DNA of 64,000 bases from Thermoplasmatota archaeon (lineage in GTDB: Archaea > Thermoplasmatota > Thermoplasmata > UBA10834). The stretch covers positions 64,001 to 128,000 of the forward strand of contig JBFMHR010000005.1 of assembly GCA_040751795.1 (NCBI GenBank), in the 5' to 3' direction. Below the pieces are notes generated by a model. The model searched no databases. It saw only the letters and a list, made by a program, of their open reading frames with translations, and had not been told where the DNA came from. Below are positions 9,475 to 18,116 of this stretch, piece after piece (position 1 is the stretch's first letter; each line of letters starts with the position of its first letter). The position numbers and the translations under genes are program-made.

Positions 9475-10227
9475 CTACACGATCCTCTGCGTGGTCTTGA
9501 GGACGACGTGGCTGTCCTCCATGTCCAGGTCGATGACCTTCTCAGGGACCGTGGTCATGCGCATCTTCGGGATGCTCATGTAGTGCCTCACCCGGTCCCC
9601 GGACCTGTCCGCGCCTATCTCCAGTATGCCGTCGAAGTCGTGGGCCATCAGGCTGAAGAGCTCCTCCCTGACGCCCGTCGGGAAGGTGTGGAACGCCACC
9701 GCCTCGAACGCCCTGAGGTCGGCGAAGGCCCTCCTCCCCCAGCGCATGACCTCTATCGCCCCCTTCCCCGTCAGGGTGCCGGGGACGCTCTCGCAGACCG
9801 CCCTGACACCCTTCAGGTTCGCCATCCGCTCGACCGCGGCCGCGAGCCCGTCCTGGAGGACCCTCTCGTCGTCCACCTCCGGGACCGAGATGATCTTCTT
9901 CTGGATCTGCTGCTCGACGCCCATGCCGGACGTGCGCTTCTGCATCGAGTAGCAGTCGATTATGACCAGCTGGTCGTTGGCGACCGGTTCCAGCACGTCG
10001 TACCCCTGCTGCTTCATGCTGCTGATCAGGTGGGCAACGGGCCGCGAGAGGCAGCAGTAGATCGCGGGCGCCCCGTGCTTCAGCCCCTCGGCCACGAACT
10101 GCTGGACTATGCACTCCGTGAAGTTGGACGGCTCCGCCCTGAGGGCGATAGTGGAGTTGGTCGGGATGCCTCCCTGGAGGACGCCGTCCAGGCCGGGTAT
10201 GCCCGAGGGCACCCTAGCGACTATCAT
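9475..10227 (-). CDS. KaiC/RAD55-like RecA-fold protein with degenerate Walker A and B
   Basis: RVPSGIPGLDGVLQGGIP N-terminus, L.IIDCYS, FDGILE and IPKMR. The P-loop position reads AEPSNFTE. Confidence 0.85.
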   Translation of the reverse strand: MIVARVPSGIPGLDGVLQGGIPTNSTIALRAEPSNFTECIVQQFVAEGLKHGAPAIYCCLSRPVAHLISSMKQQGYDVLEPVANDQLVIIDCYSMQKRTSGMGVEQQIQKKIISVPEVDDERVLQDGLAAAVERMANLKGVRAVCESVPGTLTGKGAIEVMRWGRRAFADLRAFEAVAFHTFPTGVREELFSLMAHDFDGILEIGADRSGDRVRHYMSIPKMRMTTVPEKVIDLDMEDSHVVLKTTQRIV

Positions 10228-10279
10228 GGGGGACCGTGGAGGGATTGGCCTGGAGCCTATTTCCGCTTTGCTGCCGCCC

Positions 10280-11200
10280 TCACCTGGTCGGGGGCGCCTC
10301 GACTATGGGCTCCTCGTCCTCCTTCTGCGTGAACCTGAGGACGAACACCGCCGCGATGACCAGCACTATACCCACGCTCTGCAGGAGGTCGACCGTCTCC
10401 GAGATCAGCAGGACCGCCAGTATCACGCCCGACACCGGCTCTATCCCCGCGATCATGCTCGCCCTGCTCGCCTCGATGTGCCTCAGGGCGAACATCGCGA
10501 CCACGAACCCGAGCGTGCCGGGCAGGAGCCCCACGAGGAACATGTAGAGCCACGCGTCGGCCGAGAGGGGCGAGTCCAGGACGTCGAACGGGTTGACCGC
10601 AATCAGGAGCCCCGGGATCATGAGGAGCGTCATGTAGAGCGCCAGGGTGCTCGACGAGTACACCACAAGGAGCTTCTTGGCCCAGACGTAGTAGACCGTC
10701 GCCGCGACGGCGGTGAACATCCCGAGGCCGACGCCGACGATGTTGAGCCTCACCGCCTCCAGGTCGTAGGCCTCCGCGACGAGGACGCACCCCACGAAGG
10801 TCAGCGGGAGCGCGACCGCCTTCGAGGCGGTCATCCTCTCGCCGAGGAGGAAGATGGAGGCGATGGTGACCATGCTGGGGTACGAGTAGAGGAGTATGAG
10901 GGCGGTGGAGACGGAGGTCATGTCCACGGCGTTGTACCACGCCAGCGAGAAGAGTGTGCCGGTGATGACTGCGAATACCGTCAGAGCGGGGAGGTCCTTC
11001 ACCTTTATCCTGAACGCCTTCCTGTCGAACACCGCGAGGAGCCCGACGAGTATCACGGCCGACATCAGCGTCCCGAAGAGGGCGACCTGGTTCGCGGTTG
11101 CCCCCGCCTCTATCGCGAGGACGGTGAATGTCCCGGACGTGCCCCACATGACGGCCGCGAAGGCCATCATGCCGTACGCCAGGTTCTTCGAGATGTGCAT
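10280..11200 (-). CDS. EamA/DMT family transporter
   Basis: Ten hydrophobic segments; MWGTSG, LLYSYP...LGER and EPVSG motifs. Confidence 0.9.
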   Translation of the reverse strand: MHISKNLAYGMMAFAAVMWGTSGTFTVLAIEAGATANQVALFGTLMSAVILVGLLAVFDRKAFRIKVKDLPALTVFAVITGTLFSLAWYNAVDMTSVSTALILLYSYPSMVTIASIFLLGERMTASKAVALPLTFVGCVLVAEAYDLEAVRLNIVGVGLGMFTAVAATVYYVWAKKLLVVYSSSTLALYMTLLMIPGLLIAVNPFDVLDSPLSADAWLYMFLVGLLPGTLGFVVAMFALRHIEASRASMIAGIEPVSGVILAVLLISETVDLLQSVGIVLVIAAVFVLRFTQKEDEEPIVEAPPTR

Positions 11201-11245
11201 GGGTGCGCCCTCCCGGCCCGGTGTATGCGGATGTCCCTGATGAAC

Positions 11246-12445
11246 CTATGCCGGGCGGCGCCTTCCCGTGGCGACCAGCAGCACCGACGCCGCCACGGCC
11301 GTGCACGCCCCGAAGGCGAAGGTGGCCCACGGCCCCACCGAGTCCCAGAGGAGCCCTGCCACTATCCCGCCGGGGAGCATGACGAGCCCGACCGACGTGT
11401 GGAAGGCCCCCAGGGCCGTCCCCCTCAGGTCCTTGGGTATCACGTCGACCACGTACGCCTTGAGCACCCCCTCGGAGGTGCCCTTGTACAGGCCGAACAG
11501 GGCGAAGCCGGCCATGAGGAGCACAAGCCCGTCGGCCACGGCCATGGTCGCGCACGTGACGACGAACATGGAGAACGAGAACAGCACCACGGGCACCCGC
11601 CCGAGCCTGTCCGAGAGGCTCCCGGAGGGGATCGCCACCAGGACGAAGACGACGTTGTACAGTAGGTACAGGGCTATGATGGTCGTATCGGAGAGGCCGG
11701 CGTCCTGCCCCTTCAGCAGGAAGAAGGCGTAGCTGATCTCGCCCACGTAGAAGGTGACCACGACCGCCATGAGCGCCCAGAACTCCCTCCCCAGCTTCGA
11801 CATGTCCCGCAGGAAGGCCCCCCTCGCGGTCCGGGGCGCCCCCCTCCTCTCCCTCACGAACAGGGATATCACGGCCACTGCCGCGAAAGCCGGGACGACC
11901 GCGACCATGAACACGAGCCTGTACCTCTCGAGCTCCTCCATCGACGCCGCGAGGGCGAGCACGGCCAGCGCCGCGACGACGCCCGCGACCGCTCCCGCGG
12001 AGTCCATGGCCTTGTGGAACCCGAACGCCTTGCCCATCGACTCCGGGGCGGTCGAGTCGGCCACCAGGGCGTCCCTCGGGGCGCTCCTGACCCCCTTGCC
12101 GACCCTCTCGGTCACGCGTATGCCCAGGACGTGCCACGGGGACGTGGCGAGGATCAGGAGGGGCTTGACGGCCGCGCTGGAGCCGTAGCCGCCCAGCAGG
12201 AACGGCTTGCGCCTGTTGTACCTGTCCGAGAGCCATCCCGAGGCGACCTTGAGGAGCGACGCGGTCGTCTCGGCCGCCCCCTCGATCATCCCTATGAGCA
12301 GGCCGCCGGCGCCGATGCTCACCAGGAAGAGCGGGAGCACCGCGTAGATCATGTCGCTGCTCAGGTCCGTGAGGAAGCTGACCACTCCGAGGACGAGGAC
12401 GTTCGCGCTCACCCCCCGGAGCAGCCTCCTGCGGGTCTCCGACAT
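11246..12445 (-). CDS. MFS transporter
   Basis: SFLTDLSSDMIY, SGWLSDRYNRRK, ERVGKGVRSAPRDAL, GSLSDRLGR. Start taken at ATG 12445. Confidence 0.92.
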   Translation of the reverse strand: MSETRRRLLRGVSANVLVLGVVSFLTDLSSDMIYAVLPLFLVSIGAGGLLIGMIEGAAETTASLLKVASGWLSDRYNRRKPFLLGGYGSSAAVKPLLILATSPWHVLGIRVTERVGKGVRSAPRDALVADSTAPESMGKAFGFHKAMDSAGAVAGVVAALAVLALAASMEELERYRLVFMVAVVPAFAAVAVISLFVRERRGAPRTARGAFLRDMSKLGREFWALMAVVVTFYVGEISYAFFLLKGQDAGLSDTTIIALYLLYNVVFVLVAIPSGSLSDRLGRVPVVLFSFSMFVVTCATMAVADGLVLLMAGFALFGLYKGTSEGVLKAYVVDVIPKDLRGTALGAFHTSVGLVMLPGGIVAGLLWDSVGPWATFAFGACTAVAASVLLVATGRRRPA

Positions 12446-12543
12446 CGGCCGTCCCCAGCCTTTGTCGGGATTTAACCTTTGCACCTCCGACCCGCCGCGC
12501 CGCCGGTGAAGCTTATCGAGTACCTAGTGGATTACGTGGCCGC

Positions 12544-13308
12544 ATGAAAGCGAAGGAAGTGCCCGTGGACCTGCGCTCCAGGCTGAAGGACGCCGCGACC
12601 AGGAGGGGGGCGGTCGTGTTCGGCGTGGCGTCGGTCGAGGCCGCCGACTCCCTCCCCAGGGTCAAGGTCGGCTACACGATCAACAGGTGGACCGAGCCGA
12701 TCAGGAAGGGCATGCCCCAGGCGAGGAGCGCCGTGGTGTACGGCATACAGTCGGCCGACGACTCCGACGAGCTCGAGGTGAGGAGGCCGGACGGGCGGCT
12801 CGCCTACCCGGGGTACATGCCCATCAGCGTGATAGCCCGCGACCTGATCGCGATACTGAAGAACGAGGGCTGGAGGGCGTCCTTCGGGCACGAGCTCATA
12901 CACCACAAGAGCCTCGCGATGCTGGCCGGCGTCGGCTCGTACGGGAAGAACTCGCTCATCATCTCCCCGAAGCACGGGCCGTGGCTCAGGTTCGGCGTGG
13001 TCATCACCGACGCCCCCCTGGAGGCGGACGAGCCCCTCGGCAAGGACCTCTGCGGCAAGTGCACGAGGTGCATGAGGGCGTGCCCGGCCGGCGCGCTGGA
13101 GAAGGCCTTCACGGTGGACGCGGACAGGTGCCTCGTGGGCGCGGGGGAGCTCGAGGACCCCCCGAAGGCGCTCAGGCCCCTCCTCGCGAAGCACGAGCCG
13201 AAGCTCACCCCGCGGACGAGGGTGATGTGCACGGTGTGTCAGATGGCCTGCCCCTACACCCCAGCCGAGAGGAGGCGGAACACCTTCTCCCTCGGCAGGT
13301 CCCGGTAG
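12544..13308 (+). CDS. Epoxyqueuosine reductase (QueG)-like cobalamin/2x4Fe-4S protein
   Basis: K.LA.LAG.G..GKN.L.I.P.HG.W.RFG..ITDA motif; CGKCTRCMRACP and CTVCQMACP. Confidence 0.85.
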   Translation: MKAKEVPVDLRSRLKDAATRRGAVVFGVASVEAADSLPRVKVGYTINRWTEPIRKGMPQARSAVVYGIQSADDSDELEVRRPDGRLAYPGYMPISVIARDLIAILKNEGWRASFGHELIHHKSLAMLAGVGSYGKNSLIISPKHGPWLRFGVVITDAPLEADEPLGKDLCGKCTRCMRACPAGALEKAFTVDADRCLVGAGELEDPPKALRPLLAKHEPKLTPRTRVMCTVCQMACPYTPAERRRNTFSLGRSR

Positions 13309-13404
13309 TCGCCGCAGCCGCCCCCGACGGCGGTACTGGCGCCCTTGGATTGGCCGGCTCGTGACACAAGAAGTTTTAAATGGGGTAACCGGATATTGCC
13401 GGCA

Positions 13405-14475
13405 ATGGTTCCAAGGGAACGCATAGCCAAGATGGTCGAGGGCTACGACCGCGACAAGCTCACCATAGCGACCGTGTGCTCCCACACCTCGCTGCAGATC
13501 TTCGACGGCGCCCGCAAGGAGGGGCTGAGGACCCTCGGCATCACGGTCGGGCAGCACATCAAGTTCTACGACGCCTTCCCGAGGGGCAAGCCCGACGAGT
13601 TCCTCAAGGTCGGCTCCTACATGGACCTGCTCGACATGTCGGACGAGCTCGCCGCTCGGAACGTCATACTCGTCCCGCACGGCTCCTTCGTCGAGTACAT
13701 GACCCCGAAGATGTTCGAGGAGATCGAGGCCCCGACATTCGGCAACAGGCGCGTCCTCGAGTGGGAGAGCAACAGGACGATGGAGAGGGAGTGGCTCGTC
13801 TCGGCGGGCGCGGAGATGCCCAACATCATCGAGGACCCGAAGATGATCGACCGGCCGGTGCTGGTCAAGTACGACGGCGCCAAGGGCGGCCGCGGGTTCT
13901 TCATCGCCAAGGACTACCCCGACTTCAAGCTCGGGATAGACAGCTCCCAGAGATTCACGATCCAGGAGTACGTCCTCGGCACGAGGTACTACGTCCACTT
14001 CTTCTACTCGCCCATCAGGACCGAGGGGTACAGGCTGAAGAAGGGCGTGCTCGAGCTCCTGAGCATGGACAGGAGGGACGAGTCCAACGTCGACGAGATG
14101 TACAAGCTCGGCGCGCAGGAGGAGCTGAAGAAGCTCGGCTTCTTCCCGTCGTTCGTGGTCACGGGCAACATCCCCGTGGTCGCGAGGGAGTCGCTCCTCC
14201 CCAAGATGCTGGACCTGGGGGAGAAGGTCGTCGAGCGCTCCATAGAGCTCTTCGGCGGCATGATTGGCCCCTTCTGCCTCGAGAGCATAGTCACGGACGA
14301 CCTCAGGATCAAGGTCTTCGAGATCTCCTCGAGGATCGTCGCGGGCACCAACCCGTTCATATCCGGCTCGCCCTACTCTGACCTCCTGGAGCCCAACGTG
14401 TCCACGGGCCGCAGGATAGCGCAGGAGGTAAGGTACGCGGCCGAGAAGGGCCTCCTCCCGGAGGTGGTCTCGTGA
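13405..14475 (+). CDS. purP: PurP-family formate-dependent FAICAR synthetase (ATP-grasp)
   Basis: IATVCSHTSLQI..GA..EG, PHGSFVEY, GAKGGRGFF, IQEY, RESLL, GPFCLE, FEISSRIVAGTN. Confidence 0.93.
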   Translation: MVPRERIAKMVEGYDRDKLTIATVCSHTSLQIFDGARKEGLRTLGITVGQHIKFYDAFPRGKPDEFLKVGSYMDLLDMSDELAARNVILVPHGSFVEYMTPKMFEEIEAPTFGNRRVLEWESNRTMEREWLVSAGAEMPNIIEDPKMIDRPVLVKYDGAKGGRGFFIAKDYPDFKLGIDSSQRFTIQEYVLGTRYYVHFFYSPIRTEGYRLKKGVLELLSMDRRDESNVDEMYKLGAQEELKKLGFFPSFVVTGNIPVVARESLLPKMLDLGEKVVERSIELFGGMIGPFCLESIVTDDLRIKVFEISSRIVAGTNPFISGSPYSDLLEPNVSTGRRIAQEVRYAAEKGLLPEVVS

Positions 14476-15260
14476 GGCAGTTCTTCTTCATACTCGCCGA
14501 CGCGGAGCTGGAGCTCATCCCCCCGGAGATACTGGGGGAGAGGTGCATCCAGAACAACGCCCGCGCCAGGGGCAAGGCCCCGGAGAAGATCCTCCTCGAC
14601 GCGTCGCACCACCACCCGGCGTTCGGGAAGCTCAGGGACTCCGACAGGCGCGGCAGGCCGGACATAACCCACTTCTTCCTCATGCTCTGCCTCGACTCCG
14701 ACCTCTCCTTCGAGAAGAGGCTCAGGGCCTTCGTGCACACCCGCAACGACGACGTCATCGCCGTGAACCCGGAGACGCGGCTCCCGCCGAACTACCCGCG
14801 CTTCGTCGGCCTCATCGAGACGCTCTACGAGAAGCAGGTCGTCCCGTCCGCCGAGAACGCCCTCCTCGAGCTGAGGCACGGCGTCCCGCTGGAGACGCTG
14901 GTCGCGGCCCTAAAGCCCGACGAGATAGTCGTCCTGGACTCGACGGGCGAGAAGACCGACGTCCTCCCCCGGAGGATGGCCGAGCTCGAGGGCGAGAGGG
15001 TCGTCGTGATCATAGGCGGGTTCTCGAAGGGGTGCTTCCGCACCGACCTCAAGAAGCTGAAGCCGGCGCCAAGGTGCTACTCGCTCGGCGAGCGCATGAT
15101 GAAGGTCTGGACGGTGACGGCGAAGGTCCTCTGCTCGATAGACATGTCGGAGAGGATGGCCGTGCCGGCCGAGGCCCCCGGGCCGGCCGACGCGCCCAAG
15201 CCGAAGAAGGTCAGAGCACCTTCAAAACCTCGTCCCGCTCGGAAGAAGAAAGCGGAGTAG
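14472..15260 (+). CDS. nep1: 16S rRNA pseudouridine N1-methyltransferase Nep1/Emg1 (SPOUT)
   Basis: ILADAELE..P, LLDASHH, RGRPDITH, ETRLP.NY.RF.GL, IGGF motifs; basic C-terminal extension. Confidence 0.92.
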   Translation: MRQFFFILADAELELIPPEILGERCIQNNARARGKAPEKILLDASHHHPAFGKLRDSDRRGRPDITHFFLMLCLDSDLSFEKRLRAFVHTRNDDVIAVNPETRLPPNYPRFVGLIETLYEKQVVPSAENALLELRHGVPLETLVAALKPDEIVVLDSTGEKTDVLPRRMAELEGERVVVIIGGFSKGCFRTDLKKLKPAPRCYSLGERMMKVWTVTAKVLCSIDMSERMAVPAEAPGPADAPKPKKVRAPSKPRPARKKKAE

Positions 15261-16209
15261 ACCTTCCCCCGCTCACCAGCGTGGACGCGCCCTTCCTGCC
15301 GCCGACCTTGCCGATTATCCTGGCGGGGACGCCCCTGGCCTGGAGGGCGGAGACGTACTTCTCCGCGTCGTGCTGCTTGAACGTGGCCAGCAGGGCCCCG
15401 GAGCCGAGGAGGCCCAGCGGGTCGATGCCGTAGTGGCCGCATATCGCGCGCGTCTCAGGCCCGACGATGACCTCGTCGGCCCAGAGCTCGATGGACTTCC
15501 CTGACGCCTCGGCCAGCTCGCGGACGCCCATGGCGACGCCGCCCTCCGTGGGGTCGTGCATCGAGTGGACGCCGAACTCCAGCGCCGCCCTCGCCTCGGG
15601 CAGCACCGAGAGGCCAGGCCTCAGCAGGTACCTCGCGGCGCGGTCGACCGTGCGCTTCCCGAGCGCCCTGACCAGCTCGCCCCGTTTCTCCCTGGCGATG
15701 AGCGCGGTCCCCTCTATGCCCGCTCCCTTCGTCAGGACGACCGCGTCCCTCGCCTCCGCCGCGCAGGTCATGACCGGGCTGCCGCCGACGAGGACGCCGT
15801 GCATGTCGCCGACCACGATGGGCCTGTCTATCCCGGGGGTGACCTCGGTGTGGCCGCCCGTGACGGCGATGCCGAGCGACTTGGCCGCCTTGGAGATCTG
15901 CCTGAATATGTCCTCGACGAGCGCCTCGCCCGAGCCCTCGGGGAGGAGCACCGTCGCCTGGAACCAGGCGGGCTCAGCGCCCCTCGTCGCCACGTCGTTG
16001 GCGTTGACGTGGACCGCGTACCAGCCGATCATGTCGGCCGCGTACGTGACCGGGTCGGTCTTGAGGACGATGGTGTAGGGCCCGAGCTTGACCAGGGCCG
16101 CGTCCTCGCCCAGTTTCGGCCCCAGCAGCACCCTCCTATCGGGGGCGCCGCCGTGCCTGAGCATCCTCCTCAGGAGCTCCGGGGGCAGCTTCCCCGTCCT
16201 CAGCGCCAT
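15211..16209 (-). CDS. AIR synthase-related (PurM/HypE-like) family protein
   Basis: GKLPPE, GEDAA, TDPVT, NANDVATRGAEP, TGGHTE, MHDPTEGG. Start at ATG 16209 inside the over-extended 953-aa ORF. Confidence 0.88.
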   Translation of the reverse strand: MALRTGKLPPELLRRMLRHGGAPDRRVLLGPKLGEDAALVKLGPYTIVLKTDPVTYAADMIGWYAVHVNANDVATRGAEPAWFQATVLLPEGSGEALVEDIFRQISKAAKSLGIAVTGGHTEVTPGIDRPIVVGDMHGVLVGGSPVMTCAAEARDAVVLTKGAGIEGTALIAREKRGELVRALGKRTVDRAARYLLRPGLSVLPEARAALEFGVHSMHDPTEGGVAMGVRELAEASGKSIELWADEVIVGPETRAICGHYGIDPLGLLGSGALLATFKQHDAEKYVSALQARGVPARIIGKVGGRKGASTLVSGGRSTPLSSSERDEVLKVL

Positions 16210-16332
16210 CGGCGGTTCGAAGGCCTTCGACGGATAATAGCCTATGCGTCCCGGGTGGCACGCTCCCGCCGCGATGACCAAAGCCGGACAACAATGCTTT
16301 ATATTGCGGCTCCTCCTGACCCCTTCCGGGCG

Positions 16333-17490
16333 ATGCACATGATCGCAGACCGCATCAAGAACGTGAAAGAGTCGGGCACGATGAAGATGAAGGAGCTGGC
16401 CGGCCAGAAGAAGGCCGAGGGCAAGAAGATCATCTCCTTCACCGTCGGGGAGCCGGACTTCGACACGCCGAAGCACATAGTGGAGGCCGCGAAGAAGGCG
16501 CTGGACGAGGGCAAGACCAGGTACCTGGACGGGCCCGGGCTGCCGGCGCTCAGGGAGGCCATAGCCAAGAGGTCCAAGGCGGACAACGGCGTCCCGTGCG
16601 AGGCGTCCAACGTCATGGTCACGCCCACCAAGCAGGCCATATTCATGACCATCATGGCGACCGTGAACCCGGGCGAGGAGGTCATCATGCCCGACCCCGC
16701 GTGGGTCACCTACGAGCCCTGCGTCGCCCTCGCCGGGGGGAGGGCGGTCCCGGCCATCACGAAGGAGGAGTCCCAGTTCAGGGTCCTCCCGGAGACGGTC
16801 GCGGAGCTCATCACCCCCAAGACGAAGATGATACTCCTCAACTCGCCCTCGAACCCGTGCGGGTCCGTGGCGACGAAGGGGGACGTCAAGGGCATCGCCG
16901 ACCTCGCCAAGGACCACGGCCTGGTCGTGCTCTCGGACGAGGTCTACGAGAAGATCATATTCGACGGCCTGAAGCACTACTCCATCGCCGCCGAGCCGGG
17001 GATGTTCGACAGGACCGTGACGATAAGCGGGTTCTCGAAGACCTACGCCATGACCGGCTGGAGGATGGGGTGGCTGGTCGCGCCGAAGCCCCTGTTCAAG
17101 GCCATCAGCAAGATCCAGCAGCACTCGATAACCCACGCCACGACCTTCGCCCAGTACGGCGGCCTCGCGGCGCTGACGGAGCCGCAGGACTGCGTCGAGG
17201 AGATGGTCAAGGAGTTCAACGAGCGCAGGGACCTCATCATGAGGCTGATGAAGGAGATACCCCAGTTCCACTGCGACACCCCGAAGGGCGCGTTCTACGT
17301 CTTCCCCAGGTACGAGGGCAGGATGGGCTCCGAGGAGATGGCCCTCCACCTGATGGACAAGGCGGAGGTCGCGCTCACGGGAGGCTCGTCGTTCGGCGGC
17401 GCGGGCGAGAAGCACCTGCGCATTTCCTACGCGACGGGCAAGAAGAACATCGAGGAGGGCATGGCCAGGCTGAAGAAGGCGATGGCCTAG
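16333..17490 (+). CDS. Class I PLP-dependent (aspartate-type) aminotransferase
   Basis: GEPDFDTP, NSPSNPCG, SDEVYE, SGFSKTYAMTGWRMG (PLP Lys), GAFY, LRISYA. Confidence 0.93.
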   Translation: MHMIADRIKNVKESGTMKMKELAGQKKAEGKKIISFTVGEPDFDTPKHIVEAAKKALDEGKTRYLDGPGLPALREAIAKRSKADNGVPCEASNVMVTPTKQAIFMTIMATVNPGEEVIMPDPAWVTYEPCVALAGGRAVPAITKEESQFRVLPETVAELITPKTKMILLNSPSNPCGSVATKGDVKGIADLAKDHGLVVLSDEVYEKIIFDGLKHYSIAAEPGMFDRTVTISGFSKTYAMTGWRMGWLVAPKPLFKAISKIQQHSITHATTFAQYGGLAALTEPQDCVEEMVKEFNERRDLIMRLMKEIPQFHCDTPKGAFYVFPRYEGRMGSEEMALHLMDKAEVALTGGSSFGGAGEKHLRISYATGKKNIEEGMARLKKAMA

Positions 17491-18059
17491 GCCGCCTTCC
17501 TCCTCAAACCGCTCAACCTCTTCTTCTTCACTACCTTCTTCCTGACGACCTTCGGCTCCTCGGAGAGCATCTTCGTCGCGGGGAACTTGTCCAGCTCGAG
17601 GCGCTTCATCATCATGTGCGGCTTGAAGCCGAGCTGCCCCCACGCCGCCCTCGCCTCGAGGTTGGCCGCCGCCACGTTGAGCTGGACGGTCGCCACCCTG
17701 TTCTTCTTGAACCACCTGAGGGCGACCTTCAGCATCTCCCTGGCGACGCCCCTCTTGCGGAGCTCGGGGGCGACGTAGACGTCCGAGACGACGCCCAGGG
17801 TCCTCTCCTTGAACACGGGGGCGTTGGGGCTCAGGAGGCAGAGCATGAAGCCGACGAGCCGGCCGTCCTGGGTGGCGACCAACAGCTTGGTGCTCCTCTC
17901 CGAGTACTTGCTGGCCAGGTACTTCGAGAACCTGCGCACGCCGTCCCTGGAGAGGGTGAAGTGGTGGGAGAGCCTGGTGTGGTGCTCGATCATCTGCTCC
18001 CAGAGCCCGACGACGCCGGGGAGGTCCTCCGGGCGCGCCTCGCGCACCTCTATCCTCAC
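17487..18059 (-). CDS. GNAT acetyltransferase with a Lys/Arg-rich tail
   Basis: VREA...DL, DVYVAPELRKRGVA acetyl-CoA motif, LNV...N..A...W..LGF. Confidence 0.88.
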   Translation of the reverse strand: MRIEVREARPEDLPGVVGLWEQMIEHHTRLSHHFTLSRDGVRRFSKYLASKYSERSTKLLVATQDGRLVGFMLCLLSPNAPVFKERTLGVVSDVYVAPELRKRGVAREMLKVALRWFKKNRVATVQLNVAAANLEARAAWGQLGFKPHMMMKRLELDKFPATKMLSEEPKVVRKKVVKKKRLSGLRRKAA

Positions 18060-18116
18060 GGTGTCGATCCAATCACCCTGCCCACATGGACGGGGGAATG
18101 ATTGCCCGGACAGGCC

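Noticed and set aside
15211-18072. Apparent 953-aa protein (and the 644-aa ORF 15556-17490) suggesting fusions
   Set aside because: Only the 3' parts carry family motifs. The extensions are antisense to the divergent neighbour, so the real starts are 16209 and about 16333.
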